The position numbers and the translations under genes were made by a program. Below the pieces are notes generated by a model. The model ran no database searches and was not told where the DNA came from. It worked only from the letters and a program-made list of their open reading frames with translations. From positions 178,002,001-178,066,000 of the forward strand of contig OX597814.1 of assembly GCA_951406725.2 (NCBI GenBank): DNA of 64,000 nt. The letters run 5' to 3'. This DNA comes from Octopus vulgaris. Lineage: Eukaryota. Shown in pieces: positions 1 to 14,518 of the stretch; positions within the stretch are counted from its first letter, which is position 1, and each line of letters begins with the position of its first letter.

Positions 1-2171
1 AACATTAATTTATTTACACTTTTCTTGGCATAAACTTTTCGAACTGAATAATGCGAAGTATCATATTCTATTGTTTTGAAATTTGCTTATCAATATTTTT
101 CAATATAATTGATATTATATTAAATTAACTGATTAAACAGAAAACAGACTTGAACATAGTTCAACAAGGTTATGTACAGGACATTATATGACATTTCATT
201 GCTTTATACATTTACTTCTAAACGTGAATGATTCAAATCAACAAAGTAATTCCAATGACACAGATATCTGGTAATTTTGTAAATAGAGAATTTGTTCATT
301 TTGATCTGAAAGCATACTACTGTGGGAAATAACTAAAAAACATTCAAAAAGTTGGATTCAGATTGTCTGAATGTAATTACTAGTATAAGCTATGTGGAAG
401 TAAAAAGAAACTCTCCCTAAGTTTATCAAATAGTATACTACCTAAATCAAGGTGATAGCTTTATAGCCCATTGTACACTCTTTAATTCCTATAACAAATG
501 TTAATAATTGATTCTACATAATCAGTAATTCCCTCCACTGGCTTATATATGTTTTATGTTGATGAAGATGAAATATGTTATTTACATTTTGTAAGGCTCG
601 TTAGAATATACATATCAAATTTGTCATCCCCACTATAAAAATACTGCAGGTTTAGTCAGTAGAAATGTTTTTACTATAGTTCTAATTCTAATTTGAACTG
701 TCGCTTATTTGATTGTCTCTGATTTAAAATGTCTGAAGAGATATAACCACCGGTAGAACAATTTCCTATTTGAAATGTCTTAAAATTTCTATAACATTTT
801 AGAAAGCAAGGTTGAAGTGGGAGTTAAGAAATAATATTACGAACACTTCGAGATATTTTGAATAAGAAATGATTATATAGGTAAATATGAGATATGTATG
901 TTATCCGTTTGATTTCCCCAAACCAATGAGAACTGAATTCATATTGGAAAGGCACTATAAGTTATACAAGTAGTGAATACATTAAACGAATATATTCCAA
1001 GCATTAAAAATAAGATTAATATTTTCACTGAAACTTTTAGGCATCAGGAAAATAATTTATAAAACTTTTAGAGTTATACGAAGCGCGAAATGAAGTGAGC
1101 AAATAGATTTCGAATCTAATTTAGAATCACTTAGTTACACTTTTGTGTGTAGTATCCAAAAATAACATATATGATATATGATATATTATTACAACTCGAA
1201 ATATACCATACTTCCATTTTTGTTTTGGGTTTCTACGTTTAAAAGTGATACGTATCATACAAATAAGCGAAAAATAATTCGATAAAAGTAAACGATACGA
1301 AATGATAAATACTGATGTTTTGCTGCAACATACTTGCTATAAGTATACTAAAATAACTATAGGTTCTATAATCGATTGTATATCGAATTACAATTTTAAA
1401 ACATTAATATAGCACAAAGGAAACGCAGAGACATGCATTATAAAGGAAAGCATATATACGAACGTAAACGCGCGATTAATGACCCGAATCTTATCTTGAT
1501 TGCTCACAAATTCAATTTTGTAAGAAGTCTAGATTAGCTTTAAGGATACTTACAAAAACAACATTATATAGATATCTTTTTACGTATATATATGTATGTA
1601 TGCAATTATGTGTGTTTGTGTGTGCATGTGTGTTGGTATATATACCTTTATGTATGTTTGCTCGCATGTGTTTGTCCAAGAGAATAAAAGCTACTGTAAA
1701 AGACTAAGAAAAACCTGAAAGAGAGAACGAAGCATAGGAGTTTTAGATTTTTGTCTACAGAATTCTTAGCAAAACCTAGAAGCAAAACAAGTAGCATAAG
1801 GTATGATAACTAACAGGGCAATACAAAATGGGGACATTAACGAATATTTAATTGATAAATTTAAAACAGAACGAATGAATAGAGAAATTATACAACAATG
1901 CTTCTTGCGAAGTAATAAATGATGTCGAAACATTGGGGCAAAAGATGATGAACCAATTTTCTTCCAAATAAAATGTGAACCCAAGTAGCAAATAACATTT
2001 TGCGGAGGATATTCTTGTCTTCACGTAGACATACATATATGATTGCATTCTCATATATATGTGCGTGTCTCTGTGTATGTATATACATATATATTCAGAC
2101 AAACATATACATGTCCGTACATATGCATGTGTTTCTGTTTACTGTTTGATTACATACATACACATATGCAT

Positions 2172-2238
<67 letters not shown>

Positions 2239-3095
2239 CATATACGTATACATATATATACATACGCTTGCTGCACATTTAGAAGTTTTGACGTGAGGAA
2301 ACAATTACATTGTTCTCTCCCCCTCTCTCTCTATCTCTCTCTGTACACACACACAGAGGCACATATATATATTTATATAAAGTCATAGAAACACACAACT
2401 AGATTCTCGAACGAAACATAAATTCGCTCTAAAATTGCATCTCGTCAGCCGAGGCACATCTAATTAGCGTAATACAGCTCATAAAATTCAGCTATTTTTA
2501 CATTATTTTCACGTGATTTGCTTTATCGTTCACGGTTTCCTTTCGTCGAAAGTAAGTGGGAGATGGGAATTGTGTATTGATATGAGATCACCGATAAAAA
2601 AGAACAAAACCCACTAGGTGTAATACAACAGAAAATGCTGTTATATACTGGGATATCTAAATCAGAATCATGACGCGTAATGGAAGCATATAGTAGGTAT
2701 TATTAAAGCGCTATATTTATCTGCTCTAGTTAGCAAACAATTCTCCTTCCCCTAATTGCATGTTAAAACCAGAATTGCACTGTAAAACTATACTTGACAA
2801 CTGAGTCCTAGATCCTTTAGCACAGGAGAAACAGGGTGGTCATAGGTAAAATGGTTTGATCACAACGGTGCTCAGCGAGAGCTGATCTGGGTTAAACTTC
2901 AGAAACTGATCCATATACTGAAAATATATGATTAGTAATATGTATGTATATATGTGTGGATATCTGTATACGTCATTTGGTGATTTCATTGTAGATTAGC
3001 TAATCAGAAGTGAAAATTACTTAGCACCTCGAAACTTATCTCCCAAACTCTCTCTCTCTCTCTCTCTCTCTCTATGTATCTTTATATATATATAC

Positions 3096-3154
<59 letters not shown>

Positions 3155-3791
3155 GTATGTTTTTATGTGTAATATGTATACACGTAAGATATATATAAAT
3201 GCGTGGAAGTGAATGTGTGGGAGTCTATATATATAATATATGTCAATAAGAAGGAAGAAATCAGCCAATCGGACACACGGCAACTACAGATTATACTTCT
3301 AAACATTCTCTTACTTGTATTGTGTACTTGCATTTTCGTTTGTATTACTAAACGTGTACATTTATATATCAATATGAGATGTGCACGTACATATATATTT
3401 TATCTTGGAACTTCCCGGTATTTCTCTGAAAAGTAAGATCGTCTCTACTCTGATGACAGAGGTTCGTGTTATCCTAGGCTGATTGCATCCATTTCTACTG
3501 CATATTGTGATGAACTATACCTACTAACATTATCATAGATCACCGGGCCCCACTGACAGTAGTTGTACTTATAACATCTTTCTACAAGCCATCTACTTTC
3601 CTCTGTCCCTTGTAAACTGTGTATGTTGGATTTGTTCATAGAAATGCCCATATATTTATGCTAAATATTCATTGTCTGAAAGTCTACATCTGTTGCTTTC
3701 TCTCGTTTTGCATGTATACATATATGCATATGTTGTATTTCATACCCAAACTATTATATTTAATATATCTAATTTGTATATCCGCATAATT

Positions 3792-3875
<84 letters not shown>

Positions 3876-4559
3876 GTATATACATACATACACACACAGA
3901 CATGCACACATACAGACACACGCACGCATATACACATACATACAGACAGACATATGTTTGCGTATTATGCATGCATACATAAATTCGCACACACATAACA
4001 CGTCTTTTTACGTATCATTACTGCATATATTTGAATTTAAATTACAGTAATTATTATCTAATATTCTTCCACTATTATACACAAATAAATATCATAAAAA
4101 TATAACTATGATGTCTGGAATACATGTAGATTCTCTTGAATGTTTCTGGTTTCTAGGTTACACAAAGCACAAAGAAAAGTAGCGTGCCATTATTGAGGCG
4201 TTCATGAACATTTTCCATCGTACATTTATTTATACACAGTTATTATGAATTTACATTTCTGACTACAATTTAGTTAGATTATAATTTTTGCCAAATGTAT
4301 CATTAACTGAGCTTCGAAAATTGATTTTTGTAGAGAAAAAAGAGAGGGTACTAAAAGAAGACAAAATGGGACGAAATAAAGAGAAAATAAATCCTGCAAA
4401 TCCCGTTTTCTTTTTGCAACCAAACACACTTCTACCAACATTGTGCAAAAGATCCTTGAATTTTAAATGCTAATTTGCCCTTCATGGTAAAAATAAAAGA
4501 AAAGTATCTGTAAGTTTATACATAGGCGCAGAAGTGGCTGTATGGTTAGTAGAATAAAA

Positions 4560-6520
4560 CGAATATTAAACAAAGTAATATTGAAGGAACAACAGTAGTT
4601 GTATGCATGCAAACCAAACAATTCCCAACAAGAACGCCCCTGGACCTGATGGGGTCGAGCGCTTTTGATTGATGAAGTCGACGTCATTACATGAACAAAT
4701 CTAGCTCAAATGAATGACATGTTAAACAACTAGGCAGAGATACCCATATGAATAACAGAGGGCGGGACCGTGCTAAAGACTACGCAGTAGATAATTAAAG
4801 ACATATCCTGCTTGCCACTAACGTGAAACTTTATGACTGGAATAATATCTAGGATCAAGTATACGATTCGTGAGGTGAATGAACTTCTACCAGAGGAAGA
4901 GAAAGGGTGTAAAAAGAAGCGCGACATTACAAAATATTAACTGCTGATTGGTAAAACAATTCTTGTGGATTGTAAAAGCAAACAAGAATTTACAAATGGC
5001 ATGGATGAAATATAGTAAAGACTGCGACATGTCTTTCGCAGCTGGATATTTGAGTACCTGAAATTTAATCAAGTACCAGAAAATGTATTTAGGTTTTCCG
5101 AAAGATAGACTTATAAATGTACATCAGGCTAGCTGGAAAACAGAGTTAAATTCTTGCACGGTTGGCATGTGAGGTATATTTCAGGGAAACAGCTTATCGC
5201 CACTCTTATTTGTCATCTGCATGATTCTCTCTGATCCAAGTCCTAATAAATGAGGTGTGGACTAGATGGTATGACGATTAGCCATTTGTTATTCATGGAT
5301 GATTTAAAGCGATTTGGCAAAGATGAGGACGAAATTGACAGTTTAGTACCTACTATGAAATTATTTGATAGAATATTGGGATGGGATTTGGGATTTAAAA
5401 GTGTGGCATTATAACCCTGAAACATGGAAAACTAACAAACAGTAAAGGGATTGAGGTTGCGAATGGTCAGATACTAAAGGAGTGGGAGAGGAAGGATACA
5501 AATATTTGGGAGTTTTTGAGTTTGAAAAGATGAAGGAAAAAGAAATTAGGGAGATGTTCAATATAGAAAATCTCAAGCGGTTGAGACATGCAATGTCGTC
5601 TAAATTGAATGAAAGGGATACGATCAAGTCACCGAATACATGGGCTGTGTCCCTCATGCGCTACTGGGTAGGATATATTAAATGGAAGAAAGACGAATTA
5701 GAATGTATTGAGAGGAAATCTAAGAAATTGATGACAATGCATAAAGAACTCCAGCCAAAGAATTATGTTGCCAGACTTTATGTTAGAAGAACGAAAGGAG
5801 GTAAAGGACAAATAAGTTGTGAAAATTTTGATGAAAGTGAAGAAAACGTCCTAGCTTGGTATCCTTAAAATGCAAAAGGTAGCATAATGTCAAATGTAAG
5901 AGTCTGCAATATAGTGAAATCTGTTGATGTAGTAACACCGAATGAATGAAAAAGTGAAAAAAAAACTTGAAAAATAAATGTAAGGACAAAATTATGAACA
6001 AGAGATAAAGTAGGCATTGATTGGTCGAAGAGTTTGTTGTGGTTTAGAAATGTCGATCTGAAAGGATATACTGGGACTCCGGTTTGCAGCTCCCAGGAGC
6101 AAATTATTCAAATTGTGTGAACAGAAATCAGAAGACGTGTTAGAGAACAGCAAGTTTAATCTTTTGTTGGACTTTACCATTCAGTGTTGTAGAATGATTG
6201 AGGCAAGAAAGCCAGACAATATAATCTTTAACAAAAGAGACACAAATGATCAATATCTCTATCTAAGGAGATTATAGGTTGAAAGATAAAGCGCACGTAA
6301 AGATGTAGAAGTATACGTCACAGAAAGAAGAGGTGGGGAATTATGGGACATGAAAAAGTTTGAATGATTCCAGTTGTTATCGAAGAATTGGGATACACAT
6401 AGAATAGTTTCGAGGACAGTGTTAATAAAATCGGAATTGATGCAAGGTTACAGGTCATGCAGAAGACAGCACTTCTACGTAGAGTAAGTATTTTAAGGAA
6501 AATTTTGTCTACGCAAGGCA
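4560..6520 (+). mobile_element. Decayed non-LTR retrotransposon, R4/Dong-like (RT plus C-terminal restriction-like endonuclease), with stops, frameshifts and an internal deletion
   Basis: Motifs read by hand in the expected order: IPNKNAPGPDGV (4621), GIFQGNSLSPLLFV (5173), ISHLLFMDDLK (~5278-5310), EGYKYLGV / NTWAVSLMRY / RLYVRRTKGGKG (ORF 5482..5868), FTIQCCRMIEARKPD (~6173-6217), MQKTALLRRVSILRKIL (6457). Confidence 0.9.
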
Positions 6521-8172
6521 GAGATAAGAAAGCATTAAAGGACTTTGTCAACTTGTCGAATGTTTTTCTGCTTTACTTTTTTTTTCTAATTAGATTTTCC
6601 CCTTTTTTTTTCTTTTTTTCCATTTCATCGGCAGTATTATGCTTACAGCCAACATAGTGTACACAATATTATTTGTATTACAAAACTGAAAAAAGCTGTG
6701 TTCAAGACGTGAGAGAAAGGAGCAAGTGTTAGAATATCACATATGTCTTTCGAATGAAAATCATTATATCATTACGATCTTCAGCATCGTTCTTTCTGTT
6801 GACATCTTTACAGTAGCCTATACTGTATTAAATACGTGTCGAATCATAATAGCACGATTTAAAAAGGAGAAAAATGACTTCCCTCTTATATTACTATATT
6901 TCTCCGTTTATTCTATATATCAACAGCCTCAAAGTTACATAAAAGACATGCAGTCATGTGTATATATATATGTATTATTTACGTACATACTGTGTGCATA
7001 TATGAGATGTATGTGTGCGAATACAAAAGTTAACGCGTATGTATCCCATACAATTCACGAGAAACAATATTATGGATTGCATACCCATGTGCGAATATAG
7101 GTATATATAGGTATGCGTGTGTATATCTTGCAGATGAACAAACTGAGCATTCCTAAATTTGTATGGAGAAAATGACATCCTTCCTTTTACGAATCTCGAA
7201 TCCTTCCTTACTGCAGCAGCAGAATCTTTTTATGTTTGAGTGAATTTCGGTATGTCAAAATATCGATTCTTCCATTTCAATAGCATTTCATTTCTCTCGC
7301 CCGTTCTTCTACCATATATCTCTATTCTATAATCTTTGTTTTCAAGTCTTTTTTGATCATTCCTCTTGCAATGATAATATTGCAGTGGCTTGTGCTAGGA
7401 ATTGCATTTCTTTGCATTCTTATCTTAGTTCAGTTGACTCAAGAAACCCCATCATCCGTTTTTACACATTTTACATTGCATTATCTTTCAAATACTTTGT
7501 ATACTTTGTCATGATGTATTCTATCTTTCGCTTGGACTGTTATAACCTCAAGCCGATTCTTTTCTCTTTGTGATTCTGTTTCTTAACAATGATGAGCAAT
7601 TCAGCCATTGGATCAATAAAATTGAACTTATTTCTGTGCGAGAGTTGTTTACAAAAGCCGCTGATTTCTTCATTAGCTTTGCAAAATTTAGAATGTGCAA
7701 TTGAAAACAGGGAAATCTCGGTAGAATATTTGTCAAAATATATGCATTCATTTTGCAAGAGTATTTTTTACTTTTTTTCTTCTTTTGCTCATCTTTAAAC
7801 AAACATGTTGGGATCGCAGCATTTGATGATGAATAATATTATTTCGAAAATCGGTGCTAATTGAAAGAAGACATAAAAAAAACAAAACAAAATATTAAGT
7901 GTAAGCATTTCTAATACTATTTTGAGCATACTTTATTGATTAATCCTTTCCTTTATTTATAGAAAACAATTAAATATAGAGATTTAAGAAAAAACAAACA
8001 TATTGCAACCAAAATGTCTGTGAGAGCCGGAAGCTAAACGAATCTCCGAATCCATAGAATATAAATGAGTCTTTCATAAACTGTGCCAAAGAGTCGTGAT
8101 GACATTGGTGAAGTTCAACATATGCGCAGAAGTAAAAACATATGGACATATGTAGATGCGTGTGAGAATGTG

Positions 8173-8291
<119 letters not shown>

Positions 8292-8325
8292 GCCATGATA
8301 GACAGGTAGCCACTATACACATTTT

Positions 8326-8476
8326 TTTCTCTCCTTGTTTCTTTCTGTGTTCCTTTCTATGGACGAGTGTAGGCTCGAAACGTAAAAGATATTTTCAATT
8401 CCTGAGCGTTATACTAATACACCTATTTGTTTTTTACACAAGCTGTTTTCATCTTTTTCTTTTCGTAAACTCTCCC

Positions 8477-8478
<2 letters not shown>
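8326..8478 (+). repeat. Short interspersed repeat (PLE terminal-repeat-like) between microsatellites
   Basis: GCTCGAAACGTAAAAG...GAGCGT...CTAATACAC...TTG block has a diverged reverse-complement copy at ~55835-56000; flanked by (GA)n and (TA)n. Confidence 0.55.
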
Positions 8479-8532
<54 letters not shown>

Positions 8533-8852
8533 TATTAGAGAGTTATCCACTATGCGGATAACTCTAGTGCTAAAAATAGCTCCGAAGCAACCACAGAAAT
8601 ATATATATATATATATATACATATACAAGCATACTTAGAAATACACACATGTATATATGTCACTTGTATTTCACCTGTTGTGGTATATTTCTATCATTGT
8701 CAAACGTTATATAAACGCATCAAAACACATTTACGATTCACTTTGCTGCTCTGGTAGAGAAAGCAGTACATTACCATATCTACATATATTCTGACTATCT
8801 ACCGTGAAAGTAATATATCCGATATATCCGTAGAGGTAAATGCATACATACA

Positions 8853-9553
8853 TACATGTCAACATGATGTTTAGCCTCTCTTGGACTAGTGAATGCTACA
8901 TCACAATTCGACGTTGATGCATTTACAATCCCAAAACAGGAAATTGGTATGAAATATCGAACACGCAAAAGACACAGTGAAGTCTGGTGTATCTAAAATG
9001 TATCCGGAAATGTAGATTATGGGAAAGGCAATGTCATTAGCAGCTGCACGAGAATTTCAGAAATGTACTACCTCCTCATGCGACACGACGTTGATGCAAA
9101 AAGAAATATACAATGCTGTTCGGGAAAAAAGAGTTTTGAAATATATATAGGGGATGCCTTGTGATGGAAAATATACACAAACATGAACGCTAGGATCACT
9201 AGTGGAACATTCCCGTTAACATTCTGTCAAATATAAACATAACAGGCCGATATATTGTTTGGTACAGATGAGGAAATGTATGCACCGTCATACCGATCCG
9301 TTGTTCTGCTGCTGTGAATATATCTTCGAGAAGGAAAGGATAATAGGATAACTACATACAACTGATTCGAAATCTCCAGCTTCTATATTCAGTTTAATAA
9401 ATTCAAATTTATACCAATAATAATCAGTGCAGTTGGTTTTGTGAGTAAGTGCCTATTTGACAATCTGGACATGTCAGGATTTCCAGAACAAGAGATCAAC
9501 CAACTGACGCGCTCATTGTAAATAAAATCTGTAAGTGGAATAGTAGAAATATA
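8853..9553 (+). mobile_element. 3' fragment of a second REL-endonuclease non-LTR retrotransposon (R4/Dong/NeSL-like), decayed
   Basis: Translates piecewise to SLSWTSECYITSQF, KQEIGMKY, KCRL..VISSCTRISEMYYLLMRHD (CCHC knuckle plus RHD), WNIPV, KHNRP(DI), QLIRNLQLLY, KFIPIIISAVG, KSVSGIVEI. Confidence 0.8.
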
Positions 9554-9555
9554 CT

Positions 9556-9935
9556 CTCTTTAACTTGTTTCAGTCATTTGAGTGCGACCATGCTGGATCA
9601 CCGCCTTTAGTCGAGCATATCGACCCCAGGACTTACTCTTTGTAAGCCTAGTATTTATTCTATCGGTCACTTTTGCCGAACCGCGAAATTACGGGGACAT
9701 AAACACACCAGCATCGGTTGCCAAGCGATGTTTGGGGGCCAAACACAGACACAAACACATACACACACACATACACATATACATATATATTTCCGTCTAC
9801 CAAATCCACTCACATTTTCTTGGTCGGCCCGAGGCTATAGTAGAAGACACTTGCCCAAGGTGCCACGCAGTGGTACTGAACCCGGAACACGTGGTTGGTA
9901 AGCAAGATACTTACCACACAGCCACTCCTACGCCT
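9556..9935 (-). mobile_element. tRNA-derived SINE (octopus OR-like family)
   Basis: Minus strand begins GGAGTGGCTGTGTGGTAAG (A-box-like), then CCGGGTTCAGTACC (B-box-like) and GGCACCTTGGGCAAGTG; homologous copies at 36776-37056 and 19958-20040. Confidence 0.85.
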
Positions 9936-10504
9936 ATATATGCAAAAATTATCGCAACTTTAAAATGTGACAATGTTTTTGTCTTCTACATTCCCACGAT
10001 AGAACTTCGTATCTGTTTTAGAAATTAGCTCCTTCCTCAAAGGAAGAATTCGAATAATTCAAAATAGAAGATACCACACACGTCCTTAGATATATACATT
10101 CACACTGACATACACATACTTTTATTGATTATGGAATTTGATTTTTGTCTAGATGAGCCTTTTTGTATTTATTTTATTTATATATCACTGTAAAAGTTAT
10201 TACACTAGATCACTTACCCTACTGTTTTATTGTGACCTATCACTAATAGATTCTCACAATAAAGTCGCTTCGGTTAGCCTATGGAATATTTATCTATGTG
10301 ATTACTACAGGACATCATTTCCGGGAATTAATTTAAAATTCTATTTCTAATGTTGATTCCGTCGATTCAAGTACTCTCCCAAATTTATTGCATAGCAAAC
10401 TGTGTAGATATGTTGTTGATAGTTAGGTAGCTTCCGTAAAAGGCCATTCACAATGCTCTCTCTCGAGTTTTCTCTCTCTGTCTCTTCCTCTCTCTCTATG
10501 TATG

Positions 10505-10569
<65 letters not shown>

Positions 10570-11044
10570 TTAGCTTTAATTTATTTACAAATGTCTCTTC
10601 TGGGTGTATTTATTTCATTCTATATATATACACAAATGCACACAACGAACATAAATAAGCAATTATAAACACGCACACACACGCGCACACACAAGCGCAC
10701 ACATATACACACACGTATATGTATGTATATTTGCGTTGTTCTTGGTATTATATTATCTTTCTACTGTTTGATTATTCATTAGATTATTATTTTGATCAAA
10801 CGCCAGATTTCATTTTATCAGTGCAATGATAGAGATAAGGTCGCTACCTCCTTAACTGAGATAATATCAACTGCCTTACTTTGAACTAGGATAAATTTCA
10901 GAAGGCAATAAAACTGAAGATTATCTGAATGGGCAACTATATGAAAAGTGCTTCGTGATATACTGAATACTTTAAATTGCCTTCAGAAACAAAAAATAAA
11001 ACTTTTCCTCACGTACTTCAAAATATAATTAAAAAAATAAATAA

Positions 11045-11097
<53 letters not shown>

Positions 11098-13011
11098 AAA
11101 CGAATTCCGAAAGAATTGTTTGTATAGCTGATAGTACAGGAAACATGCCCTCAGCCATGCAAACACCTCGTTTGTCTATTTTTTAAATCTCTTATGAAGG
11201 AGAATTTGCAGCAATTTTAAAATTTATAGTCCTTACGGATATTCAACTTATGCGACATTTCACGATCTCGTCTTTCAAGAAGTTTTAATTATAATATTTA
11301 AAATTAATGCGAAAATAATATTTTAAATTCATTGTTTTATTTTGTAACTTCTACAGCATGGAAATTAGTTGTGAATTTGAAATATTTTTGCGGAAAAATG
11401 TTCATTATAAAATAATTAATAGGCTATATATCAAGTGATATTGCCTTTTGTTTCCTAAACCACAAATTTAAATACCTTCTCTTAGGAGAATTTCCTACGA
11501 TATTATCTTAGTTGGTTATATGAATGACTGAGTGAGGTTGAAAGAAACGGGAAAGAAAATAGAAAACAGAAACGGACGTAGCTATATACTGTAAAAGAGA
11601 TTGGCTGAAAGAAATAAATGATTGAAAACAGTATGATTGGTACATTTTGGGGTGTGTTAGTGTAATAGTTGTTTTAGAATCTTAATTACAAATGATTGTA
11701 ACTCTCGTTAAGTACTAGACTCCTCGTATATCTACTAAACTTATACATTGATGGTAGAAATTATTGACCTGATGGGTCATATTCATCCAAGAAATGCTTC
11801 ACAAATAAAAGGGAAAATTGTAAACTAACTTGCAAAATTTATAAAAAGAAAGATTGGTTTTTCGTACTCGTTGGTATTAGTGATAGTTTCCCAATTTCTT
11901 GCTTTATTATCATAGAAAAGAAGTTACCATATAGAGTAATTGATTGGAAGCTGAGGAAATGTTCTTTTTCTACATTTTATGAGAAATACTTATTATTTAT
12001 TGTTGGCGTTACCAAATAATATTGGTTTATATTCCGAAAATATGCCAAACTCTGTATTTGTAAGAGTAGGAAAATCGTTAAGGATGATATTCGTGCTACA
12101 AATACATATGAGATATTGTGCTAATTTAGCTAATCAACACTCTTATAAACAACAAACTAAGTAAGTAGGTATCATATAATATTTTTTATCAACAGAGCAA
12201 CAATAGCCTTGTTTAAGTTTTAAATTTCTTTATGGTACCTAATTTGTTTCCAAAATTACATCATGCATTTAAAGTACATCTTGTTTGATATACTCTTCAG
12301 TATCTCAAGTCAATAATATACAAAACTACTATTCAACTACTGCCGTAGTTGAATAATATTCGTAAGGCCACTGCACATTTCAGAGCTTGTTGCTAATTCA
12401 GTTCTTAAGCAAATCGAAACTGTTAACATGTTGCAGTGGTTAGTCCCTAGCTACGTTTTGGCATAAAACAAAATCGAGATTTGATCCAGTACAAAAAGTT
12501 TACATCCAAATTTGTAACAACGTTATGGGAGAATAAGTAACGCCACCAATCAAGTTTAGACCTGAATAACATTTTTATTTTAAAAGCAAAATATATTTAT
12601 CTTAGCTTCAGTGATAGAAGAAATCATGAAGAATCTCATAGTTTTGTTCACATGCAACAAATGCTTGTATCAAAAATATCATGAAATTAGATACAAGTAA
12701 TGCAAAGATTTGGATTTAAGTATAATAATATTTTTTTAATTTTAAAAACAAACTATATTTTATTCAAGCTTAGATGATAGAGCTGAATGCGAGGAATTTC
12801 ATGCTATCAATCTCATGCAATGAAGTTTTAAATGAAAAACGTTATGAGTGTTTCTTTCTCAAATTTTATGAATATAGTAGTTCTATAAGGGGACATTTAA
12901 TATATGTCACCGGCGTCATTGAGGTAAGGAAAACATTATCAACAGCACTGCTAATTGACACATTTGACATATTATCAACTAGCATAATAACATAGCCTGG
13001 AAAAAACGTGG

Positions 13012-13201
13012 ATTACATGGAAAAATGCGAGCAAGAGAAATAATATTCTTAAGATTATAAACCTGGAAAGTAAAAATGTCCTTATTCTGTACTTAACCAG
13101 ATGTAATTAGTTGTCCTGAACTTTTCCAAGTGTAACTTGTAATTTTGCAGGTTTGTAATCTTAAGAATATTATTTCTCTTGCTCACAGTTTTCCATGTAA
13201 T
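13012..13201. repeat. Inverted repeat with 54-bp arms and an 82-bp spacer (MITE-like)
   Basis: 13012-13065 matches the reverse complement of 13148-13201 with 3 mismatches. Confidence 0.8.
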
Positions 13202-13893
13202 AATATACAGAATATAATAGGAAATTTTTCATTGACTGTAATTTTCAGCTTTATGAAAAAGTAATAAGGGGTTGCTGAATAATTTAATCAACACATATTG
13301 GATCAAGTGAAACAAGTATTATGATGTTATATATTACAGAATTGTCAGTGGAAAATTTACTTTAATTTGTATATCTCTACCCTTTATAGGTACCAAAAAA
13401 TATCCCCCCTTATGAAACATACTTTCTAGGAAGTTAATTAATTTATGCGCTACTAACATGTGTAACCTCTCTGAAATACATCAGTAAACTCGCATCAATC
13501 TTCGTCTGGAAGCAGAGATCCTTTAAAATGAAAATGATTGATTAATGTATCGGAATGCAGCTCAAAGTTATTCTTTATGGATTTGGTTGCAAGTGCCATT
13601 GAGTGATTGAAAAGAGTTTCCTGTTTAAATGCTTTCACATGCACTTCGAAAGTCCTTGTCGGAACATAGTGGAGAAAAAATGAGTTTTTTTTAGATTTTC
13701 TAGTGAAAGCACAACTTAAGTTTCATGTTCAAAAGAAAGAAAAAATAATTTATAACATGTGAAAGAATACAGATTTAAACTTTTTGCCTAATGACATTAT
13801 CCTCCCACATCGTGAGTTCGTCTTAACAGATAGATTGTCTAGTTACTTAGTACAATTATCACATAGTTTCGTTCGATAAAAATGTTCAACAAT

Positions 13894-13924
<31 letters not shown>

Positions 13925-14518
13925 TACAATTTATATTCTGTTCCATACAAAGCATCATAAATCATTTATGTCTGAATTTGAATTATATTTTTAGTAAGTT
14001 CTTTTTCACAATCGTGTGTAAACACACAGAAAGTTTGAATTAACTTTATTTTTAAGAATTAATCTTATTAAAGAGATAAAGTCGCGTACACATTTATTTA
14101 ATGTAAAGAACTATAGAATTTCTAATCACGCATTATCGCGTTAATATTGGAACTTCATATTTTTGTTTCTCCTCTTACCTTTCCTTTTCTTATACTTCAA
14201 GTATTTCGATAAAGATTACATTGTTGCTCTTTTATTGAGTGTTCGTGATAAGAGCTTATCACACCTTTGAGATGAAGATTCCGGAAACATAAAGAATTTA
14301 CTGGAAACGCTAATCTAAGAAAAGTAAATTCAATTTTACAGTAGTAGAGATGTCTGATTTACAAATGAAATTTTTAGTTTGAGAATTTCCATTTTTCACT
14401 TTGTCTATTGAAAGATAATACAAAAAAACTTAAATATAAACTTATTAGAGAAACATAATATATACGCCCATTCTTTCTTTCCATTTTTTCTCTCTCTCTC
14501 TCTGTATACACACATACA

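Noticed and set aside
733-780. CTGAAGA...GAAATGTC as a hammerhead
   Set aside because: Stem II is not adjacent to GAAA and there is no convincing stem I or III.
440-960. Peptide YMFYVDEDEI and neighbours faintly resembling a glycosyltransferase DxD motif
   Set aside because: Short, interrupted by stops in all frames, no splice support; compatible with chance.
2420-2455. Minus-strand CTGACGA as a hammerhead core
   Set aside because: No paired stem II followed by GAAA.
7130-7800. Coding-like unique stretch, possibly an old transposase
   Set aside because: No diagnostic motif could be read; many stops.
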